From IMG/VR virus record IMGVR_UViG_3300027792_000011: a DNA stretch of 64,000 nucleotides; one strand, 5' to 3'. This document shows positions 48,345 to 57,979 of this stretch, piece by piece (position 1 is the stretch's first letter; every line of letters starts with the position of its first letter). Source of the DNA: a virus. The notes under the pieces are model-generated. The model ran no database searches. It worked only from the letters and a program-made list of their open reading frames with translations, and was not told the origin of the DNA. The translations under genes were made by a program, and so were the position numbers.

Positions 48345-48597
48345 GCGGGAGTTCGATAACCTAGATGCCGTTCAGGGATTTATCGAGGGCATCAACTTCG
48401 TGAACGATGACGACATTGCTGTCCGTGAGGTGATGGTTGAAGTAAACGTCCTCGGAAAAGATCCACGAGTACGTTTCATAGTCCTCATACTGGATAGCGA
48501 TGGTGATGATTCGGAGAGTGATCTGGTAGATGATGAGAACGGAGAATGGGTGCGCTTGCATCCAGGATGCTCTACCGAAGTGTGCATGAAGAGGTAG
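48331..48597 (+). CDS. Acidic hypothetical protein
   Basis: GGAGGTG RBS. Confidence 0.65.
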   Translation: MRIVEREFDNLDAVQGFIEGINFVNDDDIAVREVMVEVNVLGKDPRVRFIVLILDSDGDDSESDLVDDENGEWVRLHPGCSTEVCMKR

Positions 48598-48600
48598 CAT

Positions 48601-48831
48601 GTGATCTGGATCAACAATGCACTCGGAGGTAGACACTGGCACGGACATCTACATAGATCAGTAGTCAACGGTGTTTGCTGCTGTGCGGACTGTCTTGTGG
48701 AACGAAGTAGCGGACTCCTAGCGATCGGCCCCATTCATGCTGATAATCGAAAGGCATTGCAGCAACTGGAGCGGGAGGGCTACGTTGGTCTCTACCGATG
48801 CATACGTAAGCCGTGGAAGGAGAGAGGGTGA
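48601..48831 (+). CDS. Hypothetical protein
   Basis: Fills the gap in the operon. Confidence 0.45.
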   Translation: MIWINNALGGRHWHGHLHRSVVNGVCCCADCLVERSSGLLAIGPIHADNRKALQQLEREGYVGLYRCIRKPWKERG

Positions 48832-49139
48832 TGGACTACGAGAAGAAGGATATAGATCAGAAGGTCACTGACGAGAATGTCAAGCTTGCTGGACTGCTAG
48901 AAGAAACTGCCAAGTTCATAAACGATACTGGTGCACAGATCGTGAATAGGCTCAACAAAATATCTGATCATATGTTCCAACTCAAGCCCCAAGACGCTGA
49001 ACTGGTGTTCAACACCGGTATACTCATTGGAAAGATGGATCAGGTAGCTGTTACGATGCACGCTTACCTGGAGTCTTACCTGAAGTTCCAGGCAGTATAT
49101 CTGACTAGCATCAACAGTGCCAAAGAGGAGATGCACTAA
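48831..49139 (+). CDS. Hypothetical protein
   Basis: Coupled start/stop. Confidence 0.6.
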   Translation: MDYEKKDIDQKVTDENVKLAGLLEETAKFINDTGAQIVNRLNKISDHMFQLKPQDAELVFNTGILIGKMDQVAVTMHAYLESYLKFQAVYLTSINSAKEEMH

Positions 49140-49495
49140 TGGGGATGTTCGATAATTTGATCTGCGATTATCCACTACCCGGTGGCCATTCAGTGACTTC
49201 AGTGTCTATATGGCAGAAGGTACAGACAAAGACGTTTCAGACAAAAGATCTCCAACAGCATCCTAACTTGGATACATTCAAGATCACCAAAGATGGAAAG
49301 CTACTTATTCATAATGATCCCAAATTTGAGGAAAAGATCTATAATTTCACAGGATACTGTGTCTTTTACGACTTTGTAGGTGATCCGGCTGTTGGGTGGG
49401 TAGAGTTCATTGCTGAGTTTGAACGCGGCGTTCTCAAGGATATCAAACTGCGTACATATGAGGATCCGGATGTGAGAAGTAAGGAGGGTGCATAG
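49139..49495 (+). CDS. Conserved-looking phage hypothetical protein
   Basis: MGMFD..FQTKDL pattern; AGGAG RBS. Confidence 0.65.
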   Translation: MGMFDNLICDYPLPGGHSVTSVSIWQKVQTKTFQTKDLQQHPNLDTFKITKDGKLLIHNDPKFEEKIYNFTGYCVFYDFVGDPAVGWVEFIAEFERGVLKDIKLRTYEDPDVRSKEGA

Positions 49496-49816
49496 ATGGA
49501 ACTGAAGAGAGACAAAGACAAATACGGCGGTCTGATGCCTCGATGTGGTGGAGGGATAAAGAACCCGGCGAAAGAGTCACCCGATCAGTCCAGGCTGAAT
49601 CATATGCAATCCAAGCTGAATCATCTGTATGCCTCTACGTGTGTTATATCTTCGTGCGTTGCTGTGCTCAAGAACTTGTTCAGCATGACATCGAAGAGCT
49701 GGACTGCCGATAGCTCCGAAAAGGCTATGGCTAATGCTCGCGCCATAGAGTTGCTACTCCAAGAGATCAGAGACGAAGTGAAGGAGATAGTGATAGAGGG
49801 AAGTGAGTTGAAATGA
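49496..49816 (+). CDS. Hypothetical protein
   Basis: AAGGAGG RBS. Confidence 0.6.
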   Translation: MELKRDKDKYGGLMPRCGGGIKNPAKESPDQSRLNHMQSKLNHLYASTCVISSCVAVLKNLFSMTSKSWTADSSEKAMANARAIELLLQEIRDEVKEIVIEGSELK

Positions 49817-50013
49817 GTGTGAGATCAGAACTAGGTCGTTTGTACGATCGTACCGACTTGATCCATGTTTACAAAGTACAACTCGGTAAAACGTTGCAGA
49901 AAGAGGGAGTGTGGGGCGAAGAGGAGCGAAAAGACGTACTCAACTCCATACGAAATCTGAAGCGGATACTCCGTGATATCGAAACTTCTGTGAAGAATAT
50001 GGAGCTGGGATGA
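49813..50013 (+). CDS. Hypothetical protein
   Basis: ATGA overlaps. Confidence 0.55.
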   Translation: MSVRSELGRLYDRTDLIHVYKVQLGKTLQKEGVWGEEERKDVLNSIRNLKRILRDIETSVKNMELG

Positions 50014-50948
50014 GCGATCTATGCCACTTCTGCATGGTGAAAGAGGCTACGAGGAAAGTAGATGGCGGGCAGCTGGGATCGTTGGGCCAGGTCTCTTTCT
50101 GCCTCTGTCCCGAGTGTGCAGATGAGAAGTTACTGGCGGACAAGCGGAACAGCAATCTGCTCGAGCTCCAGCACAATGATCTGTCTAAGCTGTGTGTAGG
50201 ATGTGGCATATGCTGTTTCATACTGCACGCAAAAGTAACACACGCAGAAGCGGATCGTATAGTCGAGGAGAACAAGATCTGTAAAGATGATTTTGCGATC
50301 GAGACGGAGATCGGAAAGTCTCTCTATCCAGACAACTACACGATCAAGACTCCTTGCATGTTTCTTCTGGGAAGACCACTTGGCGAATGGACTGCGTGTC
50401 GCATCCACGGGAAGTTCAGGCCGGAAGTGTGTCGAACGTACATGTGCAAGATCGCCATAAGGTATCAGATCGGTACTGTCTCTTTAGGTGAGGCGAAGTA
50501 CGCGTTACGTTCGGCGGTACTGACGAAGGACTTGTCGATCTTCAACTGGTCGAGCAATAGTGATCAGGAAGCAAAGCTGCTACTCTCGTTCCAGCTTGCG
50601 TCAAGAGTTCGTCAGCTGAGAAAGGACAACCTATCGGAAGAAGACATCAAGATGGCCATGGCCTCTTGGGTCACTCCTCGCTACACAATCAAGTCAGTGC
50701 TGGATGAGCTGGTGCTAGATATGCACCTTGCTACACATGATCGAGGAGATGACGATCCACTTGTCTTCTTCAGTAAGGAAGAGCTTGCGAATTTGAGGCA
50801 GCTAGAGCCATCAGCCGTGATTGGAGAGGTGATCACTAGAGTGTTGGATACGATCAGGGGGTACTTCGTGTGTGATAAGAGGCATATAGAGGGGATGCCG
50901 AAGGTGGATGAAGAGAAGGCAGAGGAGCTGAAAGGATCAAGCAAATGA
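50010..50948 (+). CDS. YkgJ-like (CxxCxxCC) cysteine-cluster protein with extra Zn finger
   Basis: CVGCGICC..CMFL..CRIH..RPEVCRTYMC. Confidence 0.7.
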   Translation: MSDLCHFCMVKEATRKVDGGQLGSLGQVSFCLCPECADEKLLADKRNSNLLELQHNDLSKLCVGCGICCFILHAKVTHAEADRIVEENKICKDDFAIETEIGKSLYPDNYTIKTPCMFLLGRPLGEWTACRIHGKFRPEVCRTYMCKIAIRYQIGTVSLGEAKYALRSAVLTKDLSIFNWSSNSDQEAKLLLSFQLASRVRQLRKDNLSEEDIKMAMASWVTPRYTIKSVLDELVLDMHLATHDRGDDDPLVFFSKEELANLRQLEPSAVIGEVITRVLDTIRGYFVCDKRHIEGMPKVDEEKAEELKGSSK

Positions 50949-52087
50949 CAATGCTGGGAAACGAATTTGCAGACAAGTTGAGGATTCTTACTTCACAGAT
51001 CGATGATGCACTCATCGATCAAGGAAAGTTGTCATACAGAGATTGTATACTACTCACAGAGGGTGCACAGCGTCTGATAGATATACTGGACACGAAGCAC
51101 AATGAGCAGAAGGAGTCGTCTGATAAAGAGGACGATGCCAAAGCTTGGCAGGCTAACCAGCTTGCGAACAAGTTGAAGGATGCCGAGTTCGCCATCAGTG
51201 GGCACAAGAGCACGATCGAGCTCCAGAAAGAACAGCTGAATAGGTACGAGGGGGAAGTAGAGTCCTTGATCAGGACGGTCGAGAGTCTTGTGGGAGAGGC
51301 TCATGACCATTACCTGAAGGAGGAGAAGCGTAGGCGCAGAGTATGTGATCTGCTTCACATACCTACTGGTATAGAGTGGGATACCATAGAGGCTAGGATG
51401 GAAGAGGTATTCGGTTCAACTGCGAAACCGAAGGAGGAATCCCAGCGAATCGGGATCGAATCAGGATCGGATCAGAATGGCACTTTCGCAGTCTGTCACT
51501 ATAGATATGAGATCAGAAAGCTCCTTGACGTAGCTCCAGATACCTCCTGGAAGACCGTCATAAAGAAGATAGGTGAGATCAAAGCGGATGTTGAGGATAG
51601 AACGGCAGAGGTTGAGAGGCTGAAGGTTGAGCTGAATAAGTTCGGTGGGTTGGGTTATGATCATGTTAGATCGCTGCACGAAGAGATCTCCGATATGCGT
51701 AAAGACTGGGAGGAGCGTGTAGCGCGAGTAGTTGAAAAGAGCGAGGAAGCTCGAAAACGCTACTTGGATATCAAAGGGACTGCTCGAGATGACCTGCAAA
51801 AGCGTGAAGAAGTGTTCAACGAAGGTCTCAGTGAGGGTCTCAATCTAGCCTGCTCGTTCTTGAAAACTACTTCGGCCTCTTTCTTCAATAGTGACAGCGA
51901 AAAGACTGATCCCCAGCAACCATACCGAGAGCTTATCAGCTCAATGCTTATCAACATCAGACGGATGATGAAGTTCATCATGATGTTGGAGAACTTGAAG
52001 GGCATCGATGTTGATCCTTCTGAGTACGTAGGGATGAGGATTCAGCTCAAGATCATGGAAGATGTGGCGACTAAGGCTGGCTACTAG
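50945..52087 (+). CDS. Coiled-coil hypothetical protein
   Basis: Heptad-rich; repeated 'LL.I....W..I' modules, also seen in 52205..52441. Confidence 0.7.
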   Translation: MTMLGNEFADKLRILTSQIDDALIDQGKLSYRDCILLTEGAQRLIDILDTKHNEQKESSDKEDDAKAWQANQLANKLKDAEFAISGHKSTIELQKEQLNRYEGEVESLIRTVESLVGEAHDHYLKEEKRRRRVCDLLHIPTGIEWDTIEARMEEVFGSTAKPKEESQRIGIESGSDQNGTFAVCHYRYEIRKLLDVAPDTSWKTVIKKIGEIKADVEDRTAEVERLKVELNKFGGLGYDHVRSLHEEISDMRKDWEERVARVVEKSEEARKRYLDIKGTARDDLQKREEVFNEGLSEGLNLACSFLKTTSASFFNSDSEKTDPQQPYRELISSMLINIRRMMKFIMMLENLKGIDVDPSEYVGMRIQLKIMEDVATKAGY

Positions 52088-52099
52088 AAAGATGGGATC

Positions 52100-52139
52100 A
52101 GGGGGCCAGGTGGGTGGGGGAGAGACCACCTGGCCCCCT
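52100..52139 (+). terminator. Stem-loop
   Basis: AGGGGGCCAGGTGG/CCACCTGGCCCCCT. Confidence 0.6.
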
Positions 52140-52204
52140 ATTGATCCGCGTAGCCACTCAACAGGACCAAAGGAGATGCAGACAGAAATGTATCACGAGC
52201 TTTC

Positions 52205-52441
52205 GTGGATGTGAAGGAGGAAAGTGAGATGTCAAAGGAAGCTAGAAGATTGGTACCGGCAGATGTGGTCGAGAGACGTAGAGAGAACATTTGTGAAGCG
52301 TTGGGGATCGAAACGGACTACAGTTGGACTCAGATCATCATAGAGATCAAGAGACTCGTGAATGAGCGAGACCATTGGATGAGCGTAATCATGAAGCTGA
52401 GGCTGGAGCAGAAGAGAGAAGATGGAACAGATCGGAACTAA
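52205..52441 (+). CDS. Hypothetical protein
   Basis: AAGGAGG before the probable start at 52229. Confidence 0.6.
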   Translation: MDVKEESEMSKEARRLVPADVVERRRENICEALGIETDYSWTQIIIEIKRLVNERDHWMSVIMKLRLEQKREDGTDRN

Positions 52442-52937
52442 GGAGAGCTGTACATGTTCTACGTGCCGATCAGGCTGTGATCGAAGACCTGGATGGCTGT
52501 ATCCAGATCAGCTCGGAAAGATAGCCAAGCACCTGAAGATGTCTCAGAAGAGGTTATTCGAGGAGTACCTATCAGTAGACTGGTGGGAGAGCTACTTCGA
52601 CAATGATTCCAGTGATCATAGGGCCTATATCATTGCGCCGGCGATTGTTGGATACGAGGGTGGATACTACCCTACCCATCCAGAAGGACGCTGCTCCTTC
52701 TATCTGAACGAACGATGTCTGATCCATCCAGTCAAACCGATCGAGTGCGCTACGGCCTGGTGTGGTAATCCGTTCACTGCAGCTAGGTCCGCTGAGGTCG
52801 TGTTTCTGAAGAAAGACATTGCCAGGGCATGGCAGGAACCGAAGAACAGATCTATGATGAGAAGGCTTTTTGGTCGTGATCCGCACAGGATAGGTCATCT
52901 AGAGGAACTACTTCTGAGTCGTCTGGGCGTACCCTAA
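52422..52937 (+). CDS. YkgJ-like cysteine-cluster protein
   Basis: CTCSTCRSGC..CSFY..CLIHPVKPIEC. Confidence 0.65.
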   Translation: MEQIGTKESCTCSTCRSGCDRRPGWLYPDQLGKIAKHLKMSQKRLFEEYLSVDWWESYFDNDSSDHRAYIIAPAIVGYEGGYYPTHPEGRCSFYLNERCLIHPVKPIECATAWCGNPFTAARSAEVVFLKKDIARAWQEPKNRSMMRRLFGRDPHRIGHLEELLLSRLGVP

Positions 52938-53018
52938 TCGATCTTGTGGGAAATGGGTATAAGGGCTACGACAGAGTCAGAGCTGTCTAGCCCTTTCTTT
53001 AGATGTCAGGTGAGTAGC

Positions 53019-53396
53019 ATGGAACTAGTACACTACAAGGATTCGTCGACCGGACAGGATAAGTTTATCCTTGAGATCAATCATGACGAAGCGATCTTGT
53101 TGCAGGAAAGTATCTTGCGGCAGATGCGAGGTTGGAGTTCGAATACTGGTAGATGGGAGATACCAGAATGTCCGTACAAGAAGGGATCAGTGATCGAGGA
53201 AACGATGTACAACACTGATGGGAGTACATGCTACCTCACTGTGGCTGTCCTACCCAATGCTATGCGTTTGAGTCCTTACTACAAGAGGAGGATCTCTGAT
53301 CTTCTTGAGTCGTACAAGAAGGGTAGTACGGACCAATCAACGAGGATCATCTCCAGTGCAGAAGCACTACTGATGGATCTGTTGAACAAGGAGTGA
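53019..53396 (+). CDS. Hypothetical protein
   Basis: AGGTGA RBS; GGTATAAG at 52956-52963 upstream. Confidence 0.6.
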   Translation: MELVHYKDSSTGQDKFILEINHDEAILLQESILRQMRGWSSNTGRWEIPECPYKKGSVIEETMYNTDGSTCYLTVAVLPNAMRLSPYYKRRISDLLESYKKGSTDQSTRIISSAEALLMDLLNKE

Positions 53397-53399
53397 GAG

Positions 53400-53750
53400 A
53401 TGGATGAATCGTTTGGCTGTAAGAGGTGTGGGTATTGCTGCATCTACTTGGATGTAGTGATACAGCGTATGATGCCGGATGGAACAAAGCGTTACTACTA
53501 CAAGCCTTTCGATCATATTTGCCCGCATTTGACGTTTGACGACAAGACAGCTGCATGTGCCATTCACGACGAGCTTGACTACAAAGAGTGTCCGTGTGAT
53601 CGGCACAACAATCCAGAATACGATCCCGACATCTTGCATTGGGGTACCGAGTGGAGATGTATCGGACCCAAGTTGGTTATGCAAAAGATCTACGAGATAA
53701 GACCGCCTAAAAGGGTAACGTGGGAGGAATTGACAGAATTGGGTGATTAG
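53400..53750 (+). CDS. YkgJ-like cysteine-cluster protein
   Basis: CKRCGYCC..CPHL..CAIH..C. Confidence 0.65.
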   Translation: MDESFGCKRCGYCCIYLDVVIQRMMPDGTKRYYYKPFDHICPHLTFDDKTAACAIHDELDYKECPCDRHNNPEYDPDILHWGTEWRCIGPKLVMQKIYEIRPPKRVTWEELTELGD

Positions 53751-53752
53751 CC

Positions 53753-54442
53753 ATGAAGATGACATCGATCGATTTTGACTACTGGTACTGTGGGGAGGAC
53801 AACGACGACAACCTGCACTGCGGGTATTGTGCGAACGAGGTGGATGGACTGCCCAGTAACCGTAGACCAACGACGTTCACAGCCTACCCCATACTAACGC
53901 AGGATCACGTGCTCAGAAAAATACCGTCCGGGACTCCTATCTACGTGGCGGAAAGCCATGCGTCCATACTACAGTTGATTGTGGATTTGAAGGTTGATGT
54001 GAATGATCTAGAGATCTGGAACGTCGATCATCATTCGGATGATCTAGATGGTATCCTAGGTCGTATGAGTCCAATTCCGGGAATGCTCATCGATTGTAGT
54101 ACGTGGGCCAGTGTGATCCAGGATATGGGCGCCACATACCGTTGGATTGTTGACTACGGGAAGAAGGGTGCATACGAATTCCTTCCTGATGATCCGGATG
54201 TTGTCTTCGTGTGCAAGTCGACAGTATGCTTGCACCGTACTGGGGATAGACCGTGGCACAAGTTTCTACGAGACCTCAAGGATCGTGCTGCTGATGGTGA
54301 TCTCAGATTTATTGGGCATAGGGCGTTAGAGCTTCGAAAAAGACATCTGATGCACTTGTGGAGAAAAGGAGCGGAAGTGAGCGAAGATGGACCTGCAAAG
54401 AGCGCAGAGATTAGTGGAAGACACATGCAAAAAGCTATCTGA
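53753..54442 (+). CDS. Arginase/deacetylase-fold (UPF0489-like) metal-dependent protein
   Basis: SIDFDYW, ESH and NVDHHSD motifs. Confidence 0.55.
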   Translation: MKMTSIDFDYWYCGEDNDDNLHCGYCANEVDGLPSNRRPTTFTAYPILTQDHVLRKIPSGTPIYVAESHASILQLIVDLKVDVNDLEIWNVDHHSDDLDGILGRMSPIPGMLIDCSTWASVIQDMGATYRWIVDYGKKGAYEFLPDDPDVVFVCKSTVCLHRTGDRPWHKFLRDLKDRAADGDLRFIGHRALELRKRHLMHLWRKGAEVSEDGPAKSAEISGRHMQKAI

Positions 54443-54707
54443 GCTGAAGGCAGAGCTGATGGGCCTGGAGACGGTAGACTCTACTCCTATCAGCGGTGAG
54501 CTGTCACAAGCCCAGTTCGTGGATATGATCGTGGCGCAGATCAATGAGCTGAGCAGGAAGTACGTGATCCATGCGAATGTGTACCAAAAGCGAGTGATGA
54601 GGAGTGAGTACGATTGTGGTGATGAGAACGCAAGATCTCGTTACGTGGGTCCAACATACACAACGATCACACTGAGCTACTATGAAAACGAGTTGCGGAA
54701 GAGATAG
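54387..54707 (+). CDS. Hypothetical protein
   Basis: ORF in the operon. Confidence 0.55.
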   Translation: MDLQRAQRLVEDTCKKLSELKAELMGLETVDSTPISGELSQAQFVDMIVAQINELSRKYVIHANVYQKRVMRSEYDCGDENARSRYVGPTYTTITLSYYENELRKR

Positions 54708-54749
54708 TAGTGTTGGCCTAGACTCGGATGATCTTTACGGTATGCGCTA

Positions 54750-55046
54750 TTGGCATCCAGAGATGACCAAGTCTATGGCCGCACTAATAACGGAGGCCAG
54801 CTCATGCCAGACACGTTGTACAAGCAATGTAGGCTTCAGCGAGAGACTGGACATGGAATTGAGGAAACCACGACGTGGATTCCGATCATGTATGCCTTTC
54901 GCGGGAGGATCTTGTCCCTGAAACAGAAGAACGGTGAGTGGAGTAGTGGATGGAAGGTGATCCAAGCGGATACACCTACGACAGAGGATGTCGTAGAGAT
55001 GTACGAACGGCAGCACCGGTGGACAAGAGAGGCAAGTGACATATGA
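54750..55046 (+). CDS. Hypothetical protein
   Basis: Probable start at MPDTLY after GGAGG. Confidence 0.55.
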   Translation: MASRDDQVYGRTNNGGQLMPDTLYKQCRLQRETGHGIEETTTWIPIMYAFRGRILSLKQKNGEWSSGWKVIQADTPTTEDVVEMYERQHRWTREASDI

Positions 55047-55456
55047 CGAAAGCCTACGACAAAACCCTAAGTCGAGTTGAGGACCGAATCCAGTCCAAGA
55101 TCGTACAGTATCTTGGAAGTCCTAGATTTGAAGAGGATGTTGATTCCTTCATCAAGTTCAAAGTGCAGCGGGAGGTGAAGAAGAGGATTGAGTGGCTGAT
55201 TGATCGAGATGTGAGCATGAAGGACACTATCCAATCCACGGCGGAGAAACTGCTGGAGAAGATACGAAAGACAAGGTTGAAGAAGAATGAGATAGACGCT
55301 TTGCTAGAGAGCGTTTCTGCCGACTACAAGTCAACTATAGAGCAGGCGTTGGATGACCTAGCCGCTGATAGAGCAGGTTTAGACGCAGCAGAGATCTTCC
55401 GCAAAGCGATCCAAAAGTTGAAGCTGCCTGAGCACAAGGAAGAGGAGGAGGGGTAG
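55043..55456 (+). CDS. Helical hypothetical protein
   Basis: ATGA overlap. Confidence 0.6.
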   Translation: MTKAYDKTLSRVEDRIQSKIVQYLGSPRFEEDVDSFIKFKVQREVKKRIEWLIDRDVSMKDTIQSTAEKLLEKIRKTRLKKNEIDALLESVSADYKSTIEQALDDLAADRAGLDAAEIFRKAIQKLKLPEHKEEEEG

Positions 55457-55681
55457 ATGATCCATAAGTACTGCTGCGACAACGTACTTCCTCTGAGCGA
55501 TACGCCTGATCAGGCAATAGAGAAAGCCTTGGATCTCGGCAATAGATCAGAGTTGCCAAGTACTGTTCGCCTATACCAGTTCGAGTCGATAGACGGCGAC
55601 AACTGGAAGCTGTACCGAATCTCGGAGGTCCAGGACATCAACGTGAAAGAGTGGTTGGCTAAGAAAGGAGATACCAGATGA
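55457..55681 (+). CDS. Hypothetical protein
   Basis: GGAGG RBS. Confidence 0.6.
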   Translation: MIHKYCCDNVLPLSDTPDQAIEKALDLGNRSELPSTVRLYQFESIDGDNWKLYRISEVQDINVKEWLAKKGDTR

Positions 55682-56115
55682 GAATGAGAAAGAAGCTGAA
55701 CCTATTGAACCTGCAGGCATTCGTTGCGTACATGTACGCTGATCCTGAACACTGTTTGATCGTTGCAGCTCGAGATTATGAGCACGCACGTGGGGTTGCT
55801 GCGGAATTTCTGGGCTACTTGGCAGATGCGATCATAGTGCGTAAGACAGCGCAGAGACACATCAGACGAATGGAGACTAGCGGCGTAGCCTGGCAAGTGA
55901 CGACGCGAGGTCACACTCCGCCACGATACGACTGGCGTAGGCTTCATGCGAAATGGGGAATACTCAACGAAAGGGAGAATGGGGTCTCTCGACTGAGAAA
56001 GAAGATCGCTACTGGATTGCTGAAAGAAGCTAGTGTGCAGATGGCAACCTTCTTCGGCAAGTGGAAGTTTCCTATTCCATACTACCCGGAGCATGTCGAT
56101 AAGGGTGCCAAATGA
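55678..56115 (+). CDS. Hypothetical protein, paralog 1
   Basis: Shares a ~70-aa domain with 56112..56486. Confidence 0.7.
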   Translation: MRMRKKLNLLNLQAFVAYMYADPEHCLIVAARDYEHARGVAAEFLGYLADAIIVRKTAQRHIRRMETSGVAWQVTTRGHTPPRYDWRRLHAKWGILNERENGVSRLRKKIATGLLKEASVQMATFFGKWKFPIPYYPEHVDKGAK

Positions 56116-56486
56116 AACCTAGGATCGAGCTCACAGAAGAATTGAACCTGCAGGCGTTCATTGCGTACATGAACGATGATCTTGAACACTCCGTGATCGT
56201 TGCGGCACATGATAACGTTCACGCACGTGAGATAGCTGCGGAGTTCATGGATTGTCCATTCGCTAGGGTAGTAGTTCACAAGACAGCACAGAGGCATGTC
56301 AGGCGAATGGAGACTAGCGGCGTGGCCTGGCGGGTAGATACTCCACGATACTCGCGATACAAAATGGTGGAGCGGATCGAGTTTCTTAGACAACGGTTGA
56401 TGATCGATTTCAATGTCGACTATGCTGCTCTGGAGCATCGAGTGATACTCGGTATGATGTGCCCCGGCATGTCAACAAAGGTGTAA
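56112..56486 (+). CDS. Hypothetical protein, paralog 2
   Basis: LNLQAF.AYM..KTAQRH.RRMETSGVAW. Confidence 0.7.
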   Translation: MKPRIELTEELNLQAFIAYMNDDLEHSVIVAAHDNVHAREIAAEFMDCPFARVVVHKTAQRHVRRMETSGVAWRVDTPRYSRYKMVERIEFLRQRLMIDFNVDYAALEHRVILGMMCPGMSTKV

Positions 56487-56487
56487 G

Positions 56488-56847
56488 ATGAAACCTAGGA
56501 TCGAGCTCACAGAAGATCGGCATACAGGAATGTACGCCATTGTTTGGATCGTTGATGAGGATGAGGGTGCGTACATCGGAGACTTCTGGTCCAAGAACAA
56601 AGACATCGTTGAGGTGTCGATGAATGATCGGGAAGAGTACGATGTGTGGAAGACCGAGAAGGTAGCCTTCCAGTTCAACCCTGACGCAATCAATCCATTC
56701 CGTTGGGATTCAAAGAGCGTGGCTAGTGCCGCACTTCGTGCGTGTAGGGCGGCACTGAAAGCGGCTGATAAGGATCGTCCACTGCCAGATTGGGCGGTGA
56801 AGGCCCTGTCTGAAGGGTGGAAGCAGCCGAAAGGATGGAAGCCGTAA
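56488..56847 (+). CDS. Hypothetical protein
   Basis: Same first 9 codons as 56112..56486. Confidence 0.7.
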   Translation: MKPRIELTEDRHTGMYAIVWIVDEDEGAYIGDFWSKNKDIVEVSMNDREEYDVWKTEKVAFQFNPDAINPFRWDSKSVASAALRACRAALKAADKDRPLPDWAVKALSEGWKQPKGWKP

Positions 56848-57296
56848 TGGATGAGCATACTTCGCCATTTCATACACCAAACTATGACGACGTAGTCCAC
56901 CTCGAGGCCCACGGACAGTGGCCTAATGGCGTAGTGCCGCGATGGGCAGAAGAGCTCGCCGAGAGGTGGGAGTGTTACCCGGTTCACCCAAAGGTACTCG
57001 AAGCAGCAATGAGGTTCGAGATCAACAAGCTTCGGGATGTGGTGGGGATCTGTCACGCTGCGATGCTCCTGCACGATATGGCTAGCTGTCACAAGGCTTT
57101 CTCGTCAGAGATCGAGATTGCGGCACGTGCCATAGGCTTTGCTGCCAGAAGAGAGTGCGTTAGATGTGGGGCAGAGCTGAACGTGACCGAGGCGACAGAT
57201 GAGAGCGGCAAGGTGATCCAAGTTCCTGAATACGTGATCTGCGGCAAGTGCCTAACACCGGAAGAGAAGGGTATGTACAGTGGTGGAAAAGAATAG
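56847..57296 (+). CDS. Hypothetical protein with C-terminal Zn ribbon
   Basis: CVRC..CGKC; TAATG coupling. Confidence 0.6.
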   Translation: MDEHTSPFHTPNYDDVVHLEAHGQWPNGVVPRWAEELAERWECYPVHPKVLEAAMRFEINKLRDVVGICHAAMLLHDMASCHKAFSSEIEIAARAIGFAARRECVRCGAELNVTEATDESGKVIQVPEYVICGKCLTPEEKGMYSGGKE

Positions 57297-57645
57297 AATT
57301 GACTTGGACAGTATGCTACGTAAGCGATCCCCAGAAGAGCTGAACGAGATTGTGAAGAGTATTCTGTCGAATCAGATCTTTCTCTCTACACAGATCAAGG
57401 ATACCTCTTTGGTGTCGATGGTCTTCATGCCTCTATCTTTCACTGACGTCAAGGCAGAGGACATAGATCGAATGCAGAAAGATCTAGGTGTTCTGTTCGC
57501 CTACCACGATAGTGCATTTCCTCGTTCCATCAACGGCATGCCTATGTTTCGAGAAGTGTGGGCTCTATGCAAAGAGGACTGGAACAAGGTCCGTGCAGTG
57601 CTGGAGATCGAAGAGAACAAGGACTACACTGATCAACTGAGATAG
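57280..57645 (+). CDS. Hypothetical protein
   Basis: MVFMPL..PRSINGMPMF. Confidence 0.6.
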   Translation: MVEKNRIDLDSMLRKRSPEELNEIVKSILSNQIFLSTQIKDTSLVSMVFMPLSFTDVKAEDIDRMQKDLGVLFAYHDSAFPRSINGMPMFREVWALCKEDWNKVRAVLEIEENKDYTDQLR

Positions 57646-57647
57646 GA

Positions 57648-57968
57648 GTGAGATCGATGGATAGCATAAAGTTGCGCCTATGTTTCAAGACAATTCGTGA
57701 CCAAAAGGATATAGAGAAACTACGTGAGATAGCTCTTGATCTGTTTACGCTTGCACGAACTCTAGATGTCAACAGACGCGGACCCAACAACTACAAAGTA
57801 GTAGTGATCACGGGTCTGGACAGGCTTGTTACGGCTGCGCAAGGTTCTAAGGAGTATTGTCAGGGTTACTGTGATCGTGAGGGCGAGAATGCCCTGGTTG
57901 TGTGCGGAAAAATGATCGTCTACCCAGAGGATAGGTGGGGGGAGTATCTAGATGATGTGGTTGATTGA
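57648..57968 (+). CDS. Hypothetical protein
   Basis: AGGAG RBS. Confidence 0.55.
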   Translation: MRSMDSIKLRLCFKTIRDQKDIEKLREIALDLFTLARTLDVNRRGPNNYKVVVITGLDRLVTAAQGSKEYCQGYCDREGENALVVCGKMIVYPEDRWGEYLDDVVD

Positions 57969-57979
57969 AAGGATAAGAG

